64,000 bases of DNA from Candidatus Oxydemutatoraceae bacterium (GCA_965219575.1 OZ244779.1:1484769-1548768); one strand, 5' to 3'; counted from the first letter of the stretch, positions 31,648 to 40,496 are shown. A program made the numbers and translations. The notes: generated from the sequence alone by a model not told the origin.

Positions 31648-32915
31648 TGTTTATGCTTTTGTATGCGCGGTAGTATTTTGACTATTTTAATTGCATTTTT
31701 ATGCGTTTTGACGACTTCAAAAGGATGTCCTTCGATTAATACGCCGATTGCCGATTTGGGGATGAGTTCCAAATGTTCCAAGACCAACCCGTTAACGGTT
31801 TTAGGGCCGTTTTCGCTGAGCTCCCATTCCATCGTTTTATTCAATTCTCGTATATAGCAACCGCCGTCGACGATGACACTGCCGTCTTTTTGTCGTGTAA
31901 TCATCGTGTCGTAAGTTTTAGGATCGTTGGTGAACCGACCGATTATCTCTTCGAGTAAATCATCCATAGCTGCCAAGCCTTGAACTTCGCCGAACTCGTT
32001 TGTCACCAATGCGACTCGCCGCTTGTTCTTCTTAAAATTTACCAAAGTCTCGGTCAACGAGGTATGTTCACCGATGAAGTAGGGCGAGCGTGACATTTTT
32101 TTTAGTGCGTCGGCATTAAATTCCTTGATGTTTGCGGATACAAGATGACGCAGATGTAAGATACCGACGATGTTGTCAATCGTTTTGTCGCATAACGGGA
32201 TGCGCGTATAAATCGCACTGCTTATATTTTTTTCTATTTGTTCGATTGGATCGGAGAGATTGATTGCATAGATTTCCGATCGTGGCACCATGATATCGGC
32301 AACCGTTTTCTTATCCAGATCCAATATCCCCAGCAACATATTGCGATATTCGGTAGGGATGAGTTTTCCTGCGGTGGTAACCGCAGTGCGCAATTCTTCG
32401 CGATTGAGTGCCTCTACGGTGTTTGCGTTTCTCCGAACTCCCAATAATCTGAGTAAACTATTGGTAATCAAATTACTAAATCTGATAAAAGGGTAAAGCA
32501 CGATACGCAATACTACATAGATTCGTCCGGCGATAGCGGCCAATCTATCCGGATAGATCACCGCTAGGGTCTTGGGTGTCATCTCGGCAAATATCAACAA
32601 TAAGAAAGTCAATACGAGTGTCGCAACGGCTATGCCTATTTCGTTGTAGATGCGATAACCTATATAGGCGGCGATCTGAGCAATCAGGATATTGATTAAG
32701 TTGTTTCCCAGTAAAATTAAGGCAATGAGTTGATCCGGCTTCTTTAATAGTTTCAGCACTCGTTTTGCATCTTTTTGTCCGGCTTTGGCTCGGTGAACCA
32801 AGCGATAACGGTTCGCTGCCATCAATGCCGTTTCCGAACCGGAAAAGAAAGCGGATAAGAAAAATAAAAATATAACGATTAAAATCGGTATATAGAGCGG
32901 GATGTCTTCCAGCAT
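31644..32915 (-). CDS. CNNM/HlyC-CorC family protein (YfjD-like)
   Basis: SAFFSGSETA, ILLGNNLINI, FAEMTPKT and CBS pair; follows ypjD. Confidence 0.92.
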   Translation of the reverse strand: MLEDIPLYIPILIVIFLFFLSAFFSGSETALMAANRYRLVHRAKAGQKDAKRVLKLLKKPDQLIALILLGNNLINILIAQIAAYIGYRIYNEIGIAVATLVLTFLLLIFAEMTPKTLAVIYPDRLAAIAGRIYVVLRIVLYPFIRFSNLITNSLLRLLGVRRNANTVEALNREELRTAVTTAGKLIPTEYRNMLLGILDLDKKTVADIMVPRSEIYAINLSDPIEQIEKNISSAIYTRIPLCDKTIDNIVGILHLRHLVSANIKEFNADALKKMSRSPYFIGEHTSLTETLVNFKKNKRRVALVTNEFGEVQGLAAMDDLLEEIIGRFTNDPKTYDTMITRQKDGSVIVDGGCYIRELNKTMEWELSENGPKTVNGLVLEHLELIPKSAIGVLIEGHPFEVVKTHKNAIKIVKILPRIQKHKQ

Positions 32916-32922
32916 TGCGCTT

Positions 32923-33729
32923 CTATATTTTGTCGAGTATGACTTCGAGGACGAATTTACTGCCTAAATAGCCTAGTATCAGTAGCCCGGTGGCAATTAG
33001 GACTAAACCAACCGCAATACTCGTGCGCCACCCATATAATTGCTTGCCGACCAAAACGATACCGAAAACCAACCAAGCCATTACCGATAATACGGTCTTG
33101 TGCATCAAATGCTGTGCAAAAAGATCCTCGTGATAAAGCCAACCACTCACTAAACCGATTGTCAATAATACGATGCCGAGCTTGATTAAGGCAAATAGAA
33201 AAGACTCCATTGCATCGAGTGTCGGTAGTGTGGATATTAGCCGATGTGTAGATTGATCTTTTAGCTTTAAGTAGGTAGTTTGCCTATAGATCGCTAAGGC
33301 TTGTATGCTTGCCATGATCAGCAGACTATAAGCTAGTAGCGACGCTACGATATGTAGCTGTATGCCCGCCGAGATTGCACTGCTCACCAGTTTGTCGGCG
33401 GTTTCTATAGGAGCTAGAGCTACGCAAACAGCCGTTATCGGCAAGATAATCATTCCCATCGCCGAGAGTGCTTGTCGTGTGCAGACAATGAATAAAATCA
33501 ATGAAATCAGTAATGCCGATAGCGAAATTGCATTGAACAACGATAGGTCTATACCGTCCGCAGTAATAACTTCGGGCATCAAAGCACCCGCGTGGCATAA
33601 CATTGCCAGTAGCCAAAGTGCTAATGAAGACTTTGCCGCAACGCCTAGTCCCGAGCGTACGCTACGCAACAACATGAACGCTGCTATCAAATATAGAGCA
33701 ATAGAAGCTAGACTAAAGAACAGAACCAT
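32923..33729 (-). CDS. ypjD: Cytochrome c assembly family membrane protein (YpjD-like)
   Basis: HIVASLLAY, LPTLDAME, HKTVLS, GWR and LGYLGSKFVLE. Confidence 0.88.
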   Translation of the reverse strand: MVLFFSLASIALYLIAAFMLLRSVRSGLGVAAKSSLALWLLAMLCHAGALMPEVITADGIDLSLFNAISLSALLISLILFIVCTRQALSAMGMIILPITAVCVALAPIETADKLVSSAISAGIQLHIVASLLAYSLLIMASIQALAIYRQTTYLKLKDQSTHRLISTLPTLDAMESFLFALIKLGIVLLTIGLVSGWLYHEDLFAQHLMHKTVLSVMAWLVFGIVLVGKQLYGWRTSIAVGLVLIATGLLILGYLGSKFVLEVILDKI

Positions 33730-33868
33730 GACATCCTGCAGTTATATGTATCATGAGTGAATTATAGCAAATAGCGGGGCGGTGCAATGGATTTGTTGGT
33801 TTCAAAATTTGTTAGATAGGAGGGCTGGGTATAATATCGCTTTTGAAACCATTAATGGAAAAATAGAG

Positions 33869-34132
33869 ATGACCGATACTGCTTTGTATAACTTATTGCG
33901 ACGGATACCTGACACCACTGATGATGAAGTAGAGAAAGCGGTTGCCGATGTTGCGAGTTCAAAGGAAATAGCAACCAAAGCCGACTTAAAAGCAGAGATA
34001 GCAAAGGTAGATAAAACGATAGCAGAACTAAAAGGTGAATTATTAGCGGAAATGTACCGCTTGAATAATCGTACGATCATGTGGATGGCCGGTATTGGTT
34101 TAGCGATTATCGGAGTCATTAAATACCTATGA
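33869..34132 (+). CDS. Small coiled-coil protein with C-terminal TM helix (DUF1640/CCDC90-like, often phage-associated)
   Basis: ATKADL motif, heptad segment and C-terminal IMWMAGIGLAIIGVIKYL. Start moved to the ATG at 33869. Confidence 0.65.
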   Translation: MTDTALYNLLRRIPDTTDDEVEKAVADVASSKEIATKADLKAEIAKVDKTIAELKGELLAEMYRLNNRTIMWMAGIGLAIIGVIKYL

Positions 34133-34140
34133 TGAGCCTG

Positions 34141-34222
34141 GAGCCTGTTAACTATTTTGTGTAACTTCGTTTTCCTCAATATCAAATCTACCTTCGTATT
34201 CAATAGCTAATCGGTTCATCGA
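34141..34222 (-). mobile_element. IS256-family right-end remnant
   Basis: GAGCCTGTTAACTATTTTGTGTAACT resembles IS256/IS285-type termini. The minus strand encodes SMNRLAIEYEGRFDIEENEVTQNS*, like the C-terminus of IS256 transposases (from recall). Confidence 0.65.
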
Positions 34223-34239
34223 AATAATTTAAGGTACTT

Positions 34240-34494
34240 GGGGCTGTTGAAAAAGTATCCACGAACCGTAGGGGCGGACTAACATGTCCGCCCGTAACGC
34301 GTTGGCCGGCACGATTTATACATTCATCCATTCAATTTATGGAAACCAAAACCATACGGCGCAAGCGGTTGGTGTCGTGCAGAACGGTACTTAAGGGCAG
34401 ACACACAGGTCTGCCCCTACGGCTTGGTGGTTATTATAAATTCACGGCGCAAGCGGTTACGGTTGCACGCCGGCGATACTTTTTCAACAGCCCC
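34240..34494 (+). mobile_element. Complete 255-bp MITE containing an inverted GTAG-REP pair (copy A)
   Basis: Perfect 20-bp TIR GGGGCTGTTGAAAAAGTATC / GATACTTTTTCAACAGCCCC and 4-bp TSD ACTT on both sides. REPs at 34268-34293 and 34395-34420. Confidence 0.92.
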
Positions 34495-34537
34495 ACTTGA
34501 CTAGTTTAGGGGGTACGATTTGATAAAATAACTAGTA

Positions 34538-35212
34538 ATGACAACACCTAACAGACATTTTAGAGGGGCGCATATTTCAAACAGGAAAATGGGAAGCTTA
34601 GTTATTTATAGAACCGAACGAAATACTGGCAAAGTAGATGTTGAGACTGGCGATGTGGATGTTGATATCAACGATCCGCTGGATAGTCTGCTAGGTTATG
34701 TTCTTTCATTTGTCCCTATTGATGAATCTATTACCGATAAAGGGGAGTTGGAAACCTACTTGGAAGATCCGCTAGAACCGATAAAAGAGATGTATGACGA
34801 TGACTTTATCCGTCATCACAAAACACGTTATGAAGCATTAAAAAAAGCAACCGCCGCAAACTCTAAAGGTTGGTACGTGTACTACTCTGGTGATGACCAA
34901 TGCTACGACACTACCAACACCAAGGAGCTTCTTATCTTGCTTTGTACGATCCTTAAAAGGAAATACCCGAAGTATGAATTTGCGATATTTTATGACCAAT
35001 TCACAGGGGACGGGTGTTACGATATGAAGGAGATATATTTTACTATTCGACACGAAGGCAAGATAAACTACAAAACGCTGAAAGCAAAACTACCGCTTTA
35101 TTATAGCGATACCGTGTTGACATGGTATATAAAACAGCTGTCTGAACTTGGTTTGGTAAACGTTGAGTTGAGTAAAGCAGAGCCTCACAAAATTATATCA
35201 GTTAAGGCTTAG
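34538..35212 (+). CDS. Hypothetical protein (orphan, Asp/Tyr-rich)
   Basis: 224-aa ORF filling the gap between the MITE and dif; no family recognised. Confidence 0.7.
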   Translation: MTTPNRHFRGAHISNRKMGSLVIYRTERNTGKVDVETGDVDVDINDPLDSLLGYVLSFVPIDESITDKGELETYLEDPLEPIKEMYDDDFIRHHKTRYEALKKATAANSKGWYVYYSGDDQCYDTTNTKELLILLCTILKRKYPKYEFAIFYDQFTGDGCYDMKEIYFTIRHEGKINYKTLKAKLPLYYSDTVLTWYIKQLSELGLVNVELSKAEPHKIISVKA

Positions 35213-35239
35213 TTGAAAACTTTTATTCAATTATTTTTA

Positions 35240-35267
35240 ATTTAACATAATATATATTATGCGAAGT
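35240..35267 (-). other. dif: dif site (XerCD chromosome dimer resolution site)
   Basis: Minus strand ACTTCGCATAA-TATATA-TTATGTTAAAT versus E. coli GGTGCGCATAA-TGTATA-TTATGTTAAAT. The XerD arm is identical and the site is intergenic. Confidence 0.92.
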
Positions 35268-35301
35268 ATTCTAAGTCGCTACTTTCATAGAACCGGCAGT
35301 G

Positions 35302-36201
35302 CTATGCAGTAAGGGCTTCAATTCGTTGCTCTGCTTTGCGGGCTATCTCAATATCTATCTCGGTACCGACGAAGTCTCTGTTTTCTAAACGTGCCGCAAC
35401 ACCGGTTGACCCCGATCCTGCAAAAGGATCAAAAACTACGGCGTTCTCGGGAGAAAAAATGCGTATTAGATGTTGTAGCAAATCGACTGGTTTTGTTGTC
35501 ATATGACCATGCCTTCGTCGTGGTTTTTGAGCAGCAATCACCGTTCCGGGAAAGCGATCAGGGTCTATTAACGGGTCGTGCGGATCAATCAAACCGGTTT
35601 CCCATTTGTCCCAATTATCAACGAATGTTCCCTCTCGCGGTGCTTGAGCCATTACGATTAATTCGCATTGTGGTTTGAGTTGCGGAGTTTTTCTCCCTCC
35701 AAGTTTTTTTATTAACCTCTTTTTTTCGGATTCCGGGATACGCCGCTTATGGATAAAATGTTCCTGTGAAAATGCCTTCGCTTGACCTTCATAACGCCAT
35801 ACAAAAATATCTCTAATCTCAAAACCGGCCATTTCTATAGCCATAGCTGTGCGGTGTACGAGACGATTTTGCGCAAAGCAAAGAATAAATCCGCCGGGTT
35901 TAATCAATCTTATCCATTCGCTTGCGATAGGCTGCAGGAATGATTGTAGTCTTTCGCCTTGCGTCACATCAAATTTCATTCCCACGGGCAAAGACCCAAC
36001 CACACCACCGGGTCTTAATCTACGCGCAAGGCTATCGTTATTCCACTCATCCCCCATTCCATCGATAAAATAAGGTGGATCGGTCACGATAAGAGAAACA
36101 CTCGAGTCTTTCATTGTCGGCATATGTTTGCGACAATCCTTTGCTATGACCCAATGCGATTGTTTTTGTTTTCTTGGCTTGGCGGAAGGTTGGGGTTGCA
36201 T
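35302..36201 (-). CDS. DNA methyltransferase (N6-adenine/N4-cytosine, beta class), solitary
   Basis: Motif IV TDPPY is N-terminal; H.T.KP and motif I DPFAGSGST are C-terminal. Confidence 0.92.
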   Translation of the reverse strand: MQPQPSAKPRKQKQSHWVIAKDCRKHMPTMKDSSVSLIVTDPPYFIDGMGDEWNNDSLARRLRPGGVVGSLPVGMKFDVTQGERLQSFLQPIASEWIRLIKPGGFILCFAQNRLVHRTAMAIEMAGFEIRDIFVWRYEGQAKAFSQEHFIHKRRIPESEKKRLIKKLGGRKTPQLKPQCELIVMAQAPREGTFVDNWDKWETGLIDPHDPLIDPDRFPGTVIAAQKPRRRHGHMTTKPVDLLQHLIRIFSPENAVVFDPFAGSGSTGVAARLENRDFVGTEIDIEIARKAEQRIEALTA

Positions 36202-36329
36202 TTTATGTCGTTAGTTGTTGATTAAATATGCCTTGTTAATTCCGACTGACTCCCACCGGTTTATGGCCGGCAATCGTTGAACACTATACAGCATAAAACA
36301 GAATATCCAATATCAGAACGAAAATAGAT

Positions 36330-36428
36330 TTGACATTTTCATAAAGTTCATGTTATAAATAGTTCTTTATTGCCTCCCTCTAAGGCGATAAATCTTAGAT
36401 CTAAGATACATTTAATTTATTAAAGGAG
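36330..36428 (+). promoter_or_regulatory. Strong-looking sigma70 promoter and SD for the Met-rich lipoprotein
   Basis: TTGACA (36330-36335), 18-nt spacer ending in TGT, TATAAA (36354-36359); AAGGAG at 36423-36428. Confidence 0.55.
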
Positions 36429-36436
36429 TTTAAACA

Positions 36437-36748
36437 ATGAAGAAATATTTAATTGCAATGCTTGCTACAGCGACAGTGTCTTTAGCAGGTTGTGGTATGA
36501 TGTCGGAAGACCAAATGATGATGATGGAAAATCAAACGATGATGATGGAAGAAATGAGTGCTCAGATGAGTGAGATTCAATTCCAAGTCAACTCTAATGC
36601 GGCGGCTGCGGCTAGTGCTAAAGATATGGCAAACGAAGCAATGATTAAAGCCTCCATGATGGACATGGACGGTCGCTCGATGACGCATGACCGTAACATG
36701 AAGATGCACGATCGTGGCATGATGCATAACAGAGACATGATGAAATAA
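36437..36748 (+). CDS. Met-rich Lpp/OprI-like lipoprotein
   Basis: Signal peptide with lipobox LAG-C19, Ala-zipper NAAAAASAKDMANEA, 25 Met in 103 aa and C-terminal Lys; convergent with an L,D-transpeptidase. Confidence 0.8.
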   Translation: MKKYLIAMLATATVSLAGCGMMSEDQMMMMENQTMMMEEMSAQMSEIQFQVNSNAAAAASAKDMANEAMIKASMMDMDGRSMTHDRNMKMHDRGMMHNRDMMK

Positions 36749-36775
36749 TTATAAAGATTTCATATATAGCAAAAT

Positions 36776-36807
36776 AGAAAAGGGGGCTTATTCAAGCCCC
36801 TTTTTCT
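36776..36807. terminator. Bidirectional intrinsic terminator
   Basis: AGAAAAGGGGGCTT-ATTC-AAGCCCCTTTTTCT between convergent genes. Confidence 0.85.
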
Positions 36808-36813
36808 TAGCCG

Positions 36814-37770
36814 TCAAAAGATGTAATCCCTCTTTTTCTTAAACTGGTTCGCTCTCTCTATCCTAACCAACTCTAAAGGATAATCCCCTAAATTAACAGC
36901 CGTCGGGATGCCTCGTGACTCCTTGGCTATTCGTATGAATTTCTCCCAATCTATACTGATAGATTTGCCTTCCGATAACTTACTCATGGTTATAATTGCT
37001 TGGCCTAAATAATCGGCCAGTATCCGAGGATCGTCACCGTCGTGAGCCTCTAGATAAGCTATACCGTCATCGATAGCAACCTTAAAAGGTTCATATTTAA
37101 TCGTCACCGAAGTCTGACGCGGTGTTTTATCGAATAGTACCTCGATGTCTGCCGGACGCATTCGTATGCATCCGTGCGTTACCCGCATGCCGATACCTTC
37201 GGGACGATTCGTTCCGTGTATGAAGTAGCTCGGTAAATCCAACTGCAGTGCATATTTTCCCAGTGGATTATCGTCTCCGGGCGGCACCGATGCCGGAAGT
37301 ATATCGCCCCTCAAAGCATGTTGCTCTCTTACGCTTTCCGGTGGATACCATGTCGGATTTACCAATTTATCGATAACTTTAGCATTCGCACGAGGGGTCA
37401 ACCAATCACCCTGCCCTATGCTGATCGGATAAGTGTCTACCGAATTTTCCTCGATATAATGGTATATACGCATTTCCGCTAGATTGATATAAATACCTTT
37501 GTAATCCGGTTGTGGCAATATGAAGCGACCGGGCAAAATGATCGTGCTATTCTCTCTCGGGACCCAAGCATCCAGATTCGGATTGGCAACTCTCATTTCG
37601 TCGTAGCCGAGTGAATATTGCTGTGCTAAGGCAACAAAAGTATCGTCGGGTTGTGCGGTGACACTACGCAACGAACCTACTATAATATGTTCCGGATCGT
37701 AACTGAAGTTTTCAGCCTCGGCAACACCGACCAGACCAAGTACTAAAACTGTTTTTAATAGATAAATCAT
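36814..37770 (-). CDS. L,D-transpeptidase (ErfK/YcfS/YnhG family, LysM-like N-terminus)
   Basis: Signal peptide, ANPNLDAWVP, INLAEMRIY, NPTWYPP, PGDDNPLG and catalytic IHGTN...THGCIRM. Confidence 0.95.
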   Translation of the reverse strand: MIYLLKTVLVLGLVGVAEAENFSYDPEHIIVGSLRSVTAQPDDTFVALAQQYSLGYDEMRVANPNLDAWVPRENSTIILPGRFILPQPDYKGIYINLAEMRIYHYIEENSVDTYPISIGQGDWLTPRANAKVIDKLVNPTWYPPESVREQHALRGDILPASVPPGDDNPLGKYALQLDLPSYFIHGTNRPEGIGMRVTHGCIRMRPADIEVLFDKTPRQTSVTIKYEPFKVAIDDGIAYLEAHDGDDPRILADYLGQAIITMSKLSEGKSISIDWEKFIRIAKESRGIPTAVNLGDYPLELVRIERANQFKKKRDYIF

Positions 37771-37771
37771 A

Positions 37772-38929
37772 GTGGATATTATAAAAGCAATCGTAGATGA
37801 ATTTCCACATACCGATATAATTCATCTAAATCATGCCGGCGTGGGTCGGTGGCCGATGCGCACCGTTCATGCGATACATCGCTTTGCCGAAGAGAACGCG
37901 CGATACGGTGCGATACATTCGCCGGATTGGTCTAAACATGCCTACACTTTGCGAGCCATGCTCACAAACTTGATCAATGCGAAAAGCGAAGATGAAATTG
38001 CCTTGCTCAAAAATACCTCGGAGGCTTTATCGCTTATCGCTTACGGCATAGATTGGCAAGCCAAGGATAATATCGTGGTCGGCAAGCAGGAATTTCCCTC
38101 TAATAGAATAGTTTGGGAGTCCTTGAAAAATACGCATGCCGTAGAAATACGGGTCGTTGACTTATATGCAGCAAAAACTCCCGAGCAAACATTGATCGAG
38201 GCAAGCGATGCGCATACTCGTTTGATTGCGGTTAGTTCCATACAATACGCAACAGGCTATCGCATGGATCTAAATTACTTAGGTCGGCATTGCCGCACTG
38301 CCGATATTCTGTTTTGCGTCGATGCGATACAAAGTTTAGGTGCAGCTGCAATAGATGTGCAGCATAGCTTCATTGATTTTTTAGCTGCCGATGCCCATAA
38401 ATGGTTATTGGCTCCCGAGGGTATCGCCCTGCTCTATTGCAAAGACCTACATATACCCAAATTAAAATTAAACCAGTACGGTTGGAATATGATGGACGAT
38501 TGCAATAATTACGATGCGCTATATAACGAAGCCGATATAATGAAATGGCAACTCAAAGCAAATGCACAGCGTTTTGAATGTGGTAGCTTGAATCATCTAG
38601 GTATTTATGCATTGCATGCCAGCTTGGCTTTGTTGATGGAAATCGGTCCTGCCGAGATATATAGTCGGATTGCCCTGAATGTCGGTTATTTGGCAAAGCA
38701 CCTAGACCGAAACCGATTTGTACCGCTTACACCCGATGATAAAGCCCGACGCGGCGGTATCTTCACGTTTAAGTCATTGAGACGAGATACTAAAACCTTG
38801 TTTAAGCATCTTATCGAAAATAAGGTATTTTGCGCTTATCGCGGTGGTGGCATACGCTTGTCTCCGCATTTTTACAATAAAGCCGAGGATTTAGATACGG
38901 TGCTTGAAATACTACACGAAAACAGTTAA
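37772..38929 (+). CDS. Class V PLP-dependent aminotransferase / cysteine desulfurase-like
   Basis: LNHAG, NTSEAL, EFPSN, VDAIQSLG, ADAHKWLLAPEG and IRLSPHFYN. Confidence 0.9.
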   Translation: MDIIKAIVDEFPHTDIIHLNHAGVGRWPMRTVHAIHRFAEENARYGAIHSPDWSKHAYTLRAMLTNLINAKSEDEIALLKNTSEALSLIAYGIDWQAKDNIVVGKQEFPSNRIVWESLKNTHAVEIRVVDLYAAKTPEQTLIEASDAHTRLIAVSSIQYATGYRMDLNYLGRHCRTADILFCVDAIQSLGAAAIDVQHSFIDFLAADAHKWLLAPEGIALLYCKDLHIPKLKLNQYGWNMMDDCNNYDALYNEADIMKWQLKANAQRFECGSLNHLGIYALHASLALLMEIGPAEIYSRIALNVGYLAKHLDRNRFVPLTPDDKARRGGIFTFKSLRRDTKTLFKHLIENKVFCAYRGGGIRLSPHFYNKAEDLDTVLEILHENS

Positions 38930-39882
38930 CGATTGTAGGTAGCCTTCCGCCATTCCAGCAACCCTCCTTCTAATAATAGGCGCGGATTAATATTCTGTTT
39001 GGCAAAGCGGCAGCGCTCGATTTGTCGCTGATACAACCAATAGAGCAGATTTTTCGGATTAGCTCCGGTTGATTTCGGATCTATCTTACCGGAAGCTATC
39101 TCTTTAGCCTGCCTTGTTATCGTATGTTGCAGATGTTCCAACAACCACCGCTGAATTGCATCGGCAGGCCTGTCGCACCAGTGATCGACAAAATCGTGGG
39201 TAGTAATCTGCTTAGTCATCCATTGCTCGAATTCTTGATAAAATAATAGCTTATCCGACTCATCGGATGTTTCCTCTAAAGCTATTAATGGACTATTACC
39301 GCAAAGCAACAGTTTTTGCTTTGCGTCTTCCTCGGATATAGACATTCGGGAGGCAAGCCAAGCGGAAGCTTCCGTTCCCGGCTCTTTGATATGAATGCGA
39401 TGACAGCGGCTGCGTATAGTCGGGGTCAATGTCGAGGGCTGTCTGCAAGTCATCAGAATGATTGACTCTGCAGGAGGTTCCTCCAATGTTTTAAGCAGGC
39501 TATTCGCTGCTGCATAATTCAGATTATCGACCTCTTTAATCAATACGATCTTATGGTTCGGATAATGCCGGCTCAGTTGTAAAAAGTTTATAGCATAGCG
39601 AATTTGTTCTATTTTGATTTGATCTTGCTCGGCTTCTATCATCAAATAATCAGGGTGATTGCCTGTCAGAAAAAGTCGACAACCTTCACATTTGAGACAA
39701 GGCTTAGAGTTATTATCACTATTACATAATAAGCTACAGCATAATCTTAGAGCAAAATCGCTGACGCCGCAGCCACAATGCCCGTGCAACAACAATGCAT
39801 GCGGTACTTTTGATTGGGTCAAATAATGCTGCCAATTTTGCCATGTATCACGTTGCCATGGGTAAAGTTCATGCGTCATCAT
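38926..39882 (-). CDS. holB: DNA polymerase III subunit delta'
   Basis: YPWQ, HALLL, C..C..C zinc site, HPD, AANSLLKTLEEP and TIRSRC; follows tmk. Confidence 0.95.
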   Translation of the reverse strand: MMTHELYPWQRDTWQNWQHYLTQSKVPHALLLHGHCGCGVSDFALRLCCSLLCNSDNNSKPCLKCEGCRLFLTGNHPDYLMIEAEQDQIKIEQIRYAINFLQLSRHYPNHKIVLIKEVDNLNYAAANSLLKTLEEPPAESIILMTCRQPSTLTPTIRSRCHRIHIKEPGTEASAWLASRMSISEEDAKQKLLLCGNSPLIALEETSDESDKLLFYQEFEQWMTKQITTHDFVDHWCDRPADAIQRWLLEHLQHTITRQAKEIASGKIDPKSTGANPKNLLYWLYQRQIERCRFAKQNINPRLLLEGGLLEWRKATYNR

Positions 39883-40496
39883 GGTTGTTTCATCAGCGGT
39901 CTCAAGTGTTCTATGATCATTTTTGTCACCTCGGTTATGTCCTGCTCGGCATCGATGATTTTAATGCGCTCGGGGTGATTGTCGGCGCATTGCAAGTACG
40001 CATTTCGTACCCGTTCAAAAAACACCTTATCTTCTCGCTCGAAGCGATCCAAGTTTTTAGAATTTATTCGTTTCCATATATGTTTAGGAGACATATCTAA
40101 TAATAAAGTCAAATCCGGTTTTATAGATACCGCCATTCGATCAAGTTGCCTTATATAATCCAATGGAATGTTGCGTCCTCCTCCCTGATAAGCATAGCTG
40201 GAGTCCATAAAGCGGTCACAAATTACCCAGGCACCTTTTTTGAGGGCGGGCTTTATTTGCCGTTCTACATGTTGCATGCGAGCCGCATAAAACAACAATA
40301 ACTCGCTTATTTCGGTTATCCGATGGTCGGGATCCAGCAACCACTGCCGTATTTTTTCTCCCAATCGAGTTCCTCCCGGCTCCTGCGTGATATAGATCTC
40401 TACACCTTTGTTGCGCAAATACTCGGCTATTTCCGCCGTTTGTGTGCTTTTCCCTGTTCCCTCCAGACCCTCTAAGGTAATAAACTTGGCATTCAT
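39879..40496 (-). CDS. tmk: Thymidylate kinase
   Basis: FITLEGLEGTGKST, EPGGT and DRFMDSSYAYQG. Confidence 0.98.
   Translation of the reverse strand: MNAKFITLEGLEGTGKSTQTAEIAEYLRNKGVEIYITQEPGGTRLGEKIRQWLLDPDHRITEISELLLFYAARMQHVERQIKPALKKGAWVICDRFMDSSYAYQGGGRNIPLDYIRQLDRMAVSIKPDLTLLLDMSPKHIWKRINSKNLDRFEREDKVFFERVRNAYLQCADNHPERIKIIDAEQDITEVTKMIIEHLRPLMKQP

Noticed and set aside
34240-34494. CRISPR array or integron attC interpretation of the palindromic repeats
   Set aside because: There are no regularly spaced repeats with unique spacers, no cas or integrase gene and no RYYYAAC/GTTRRRY cassette ends. TIR plus TSD explains the structure.
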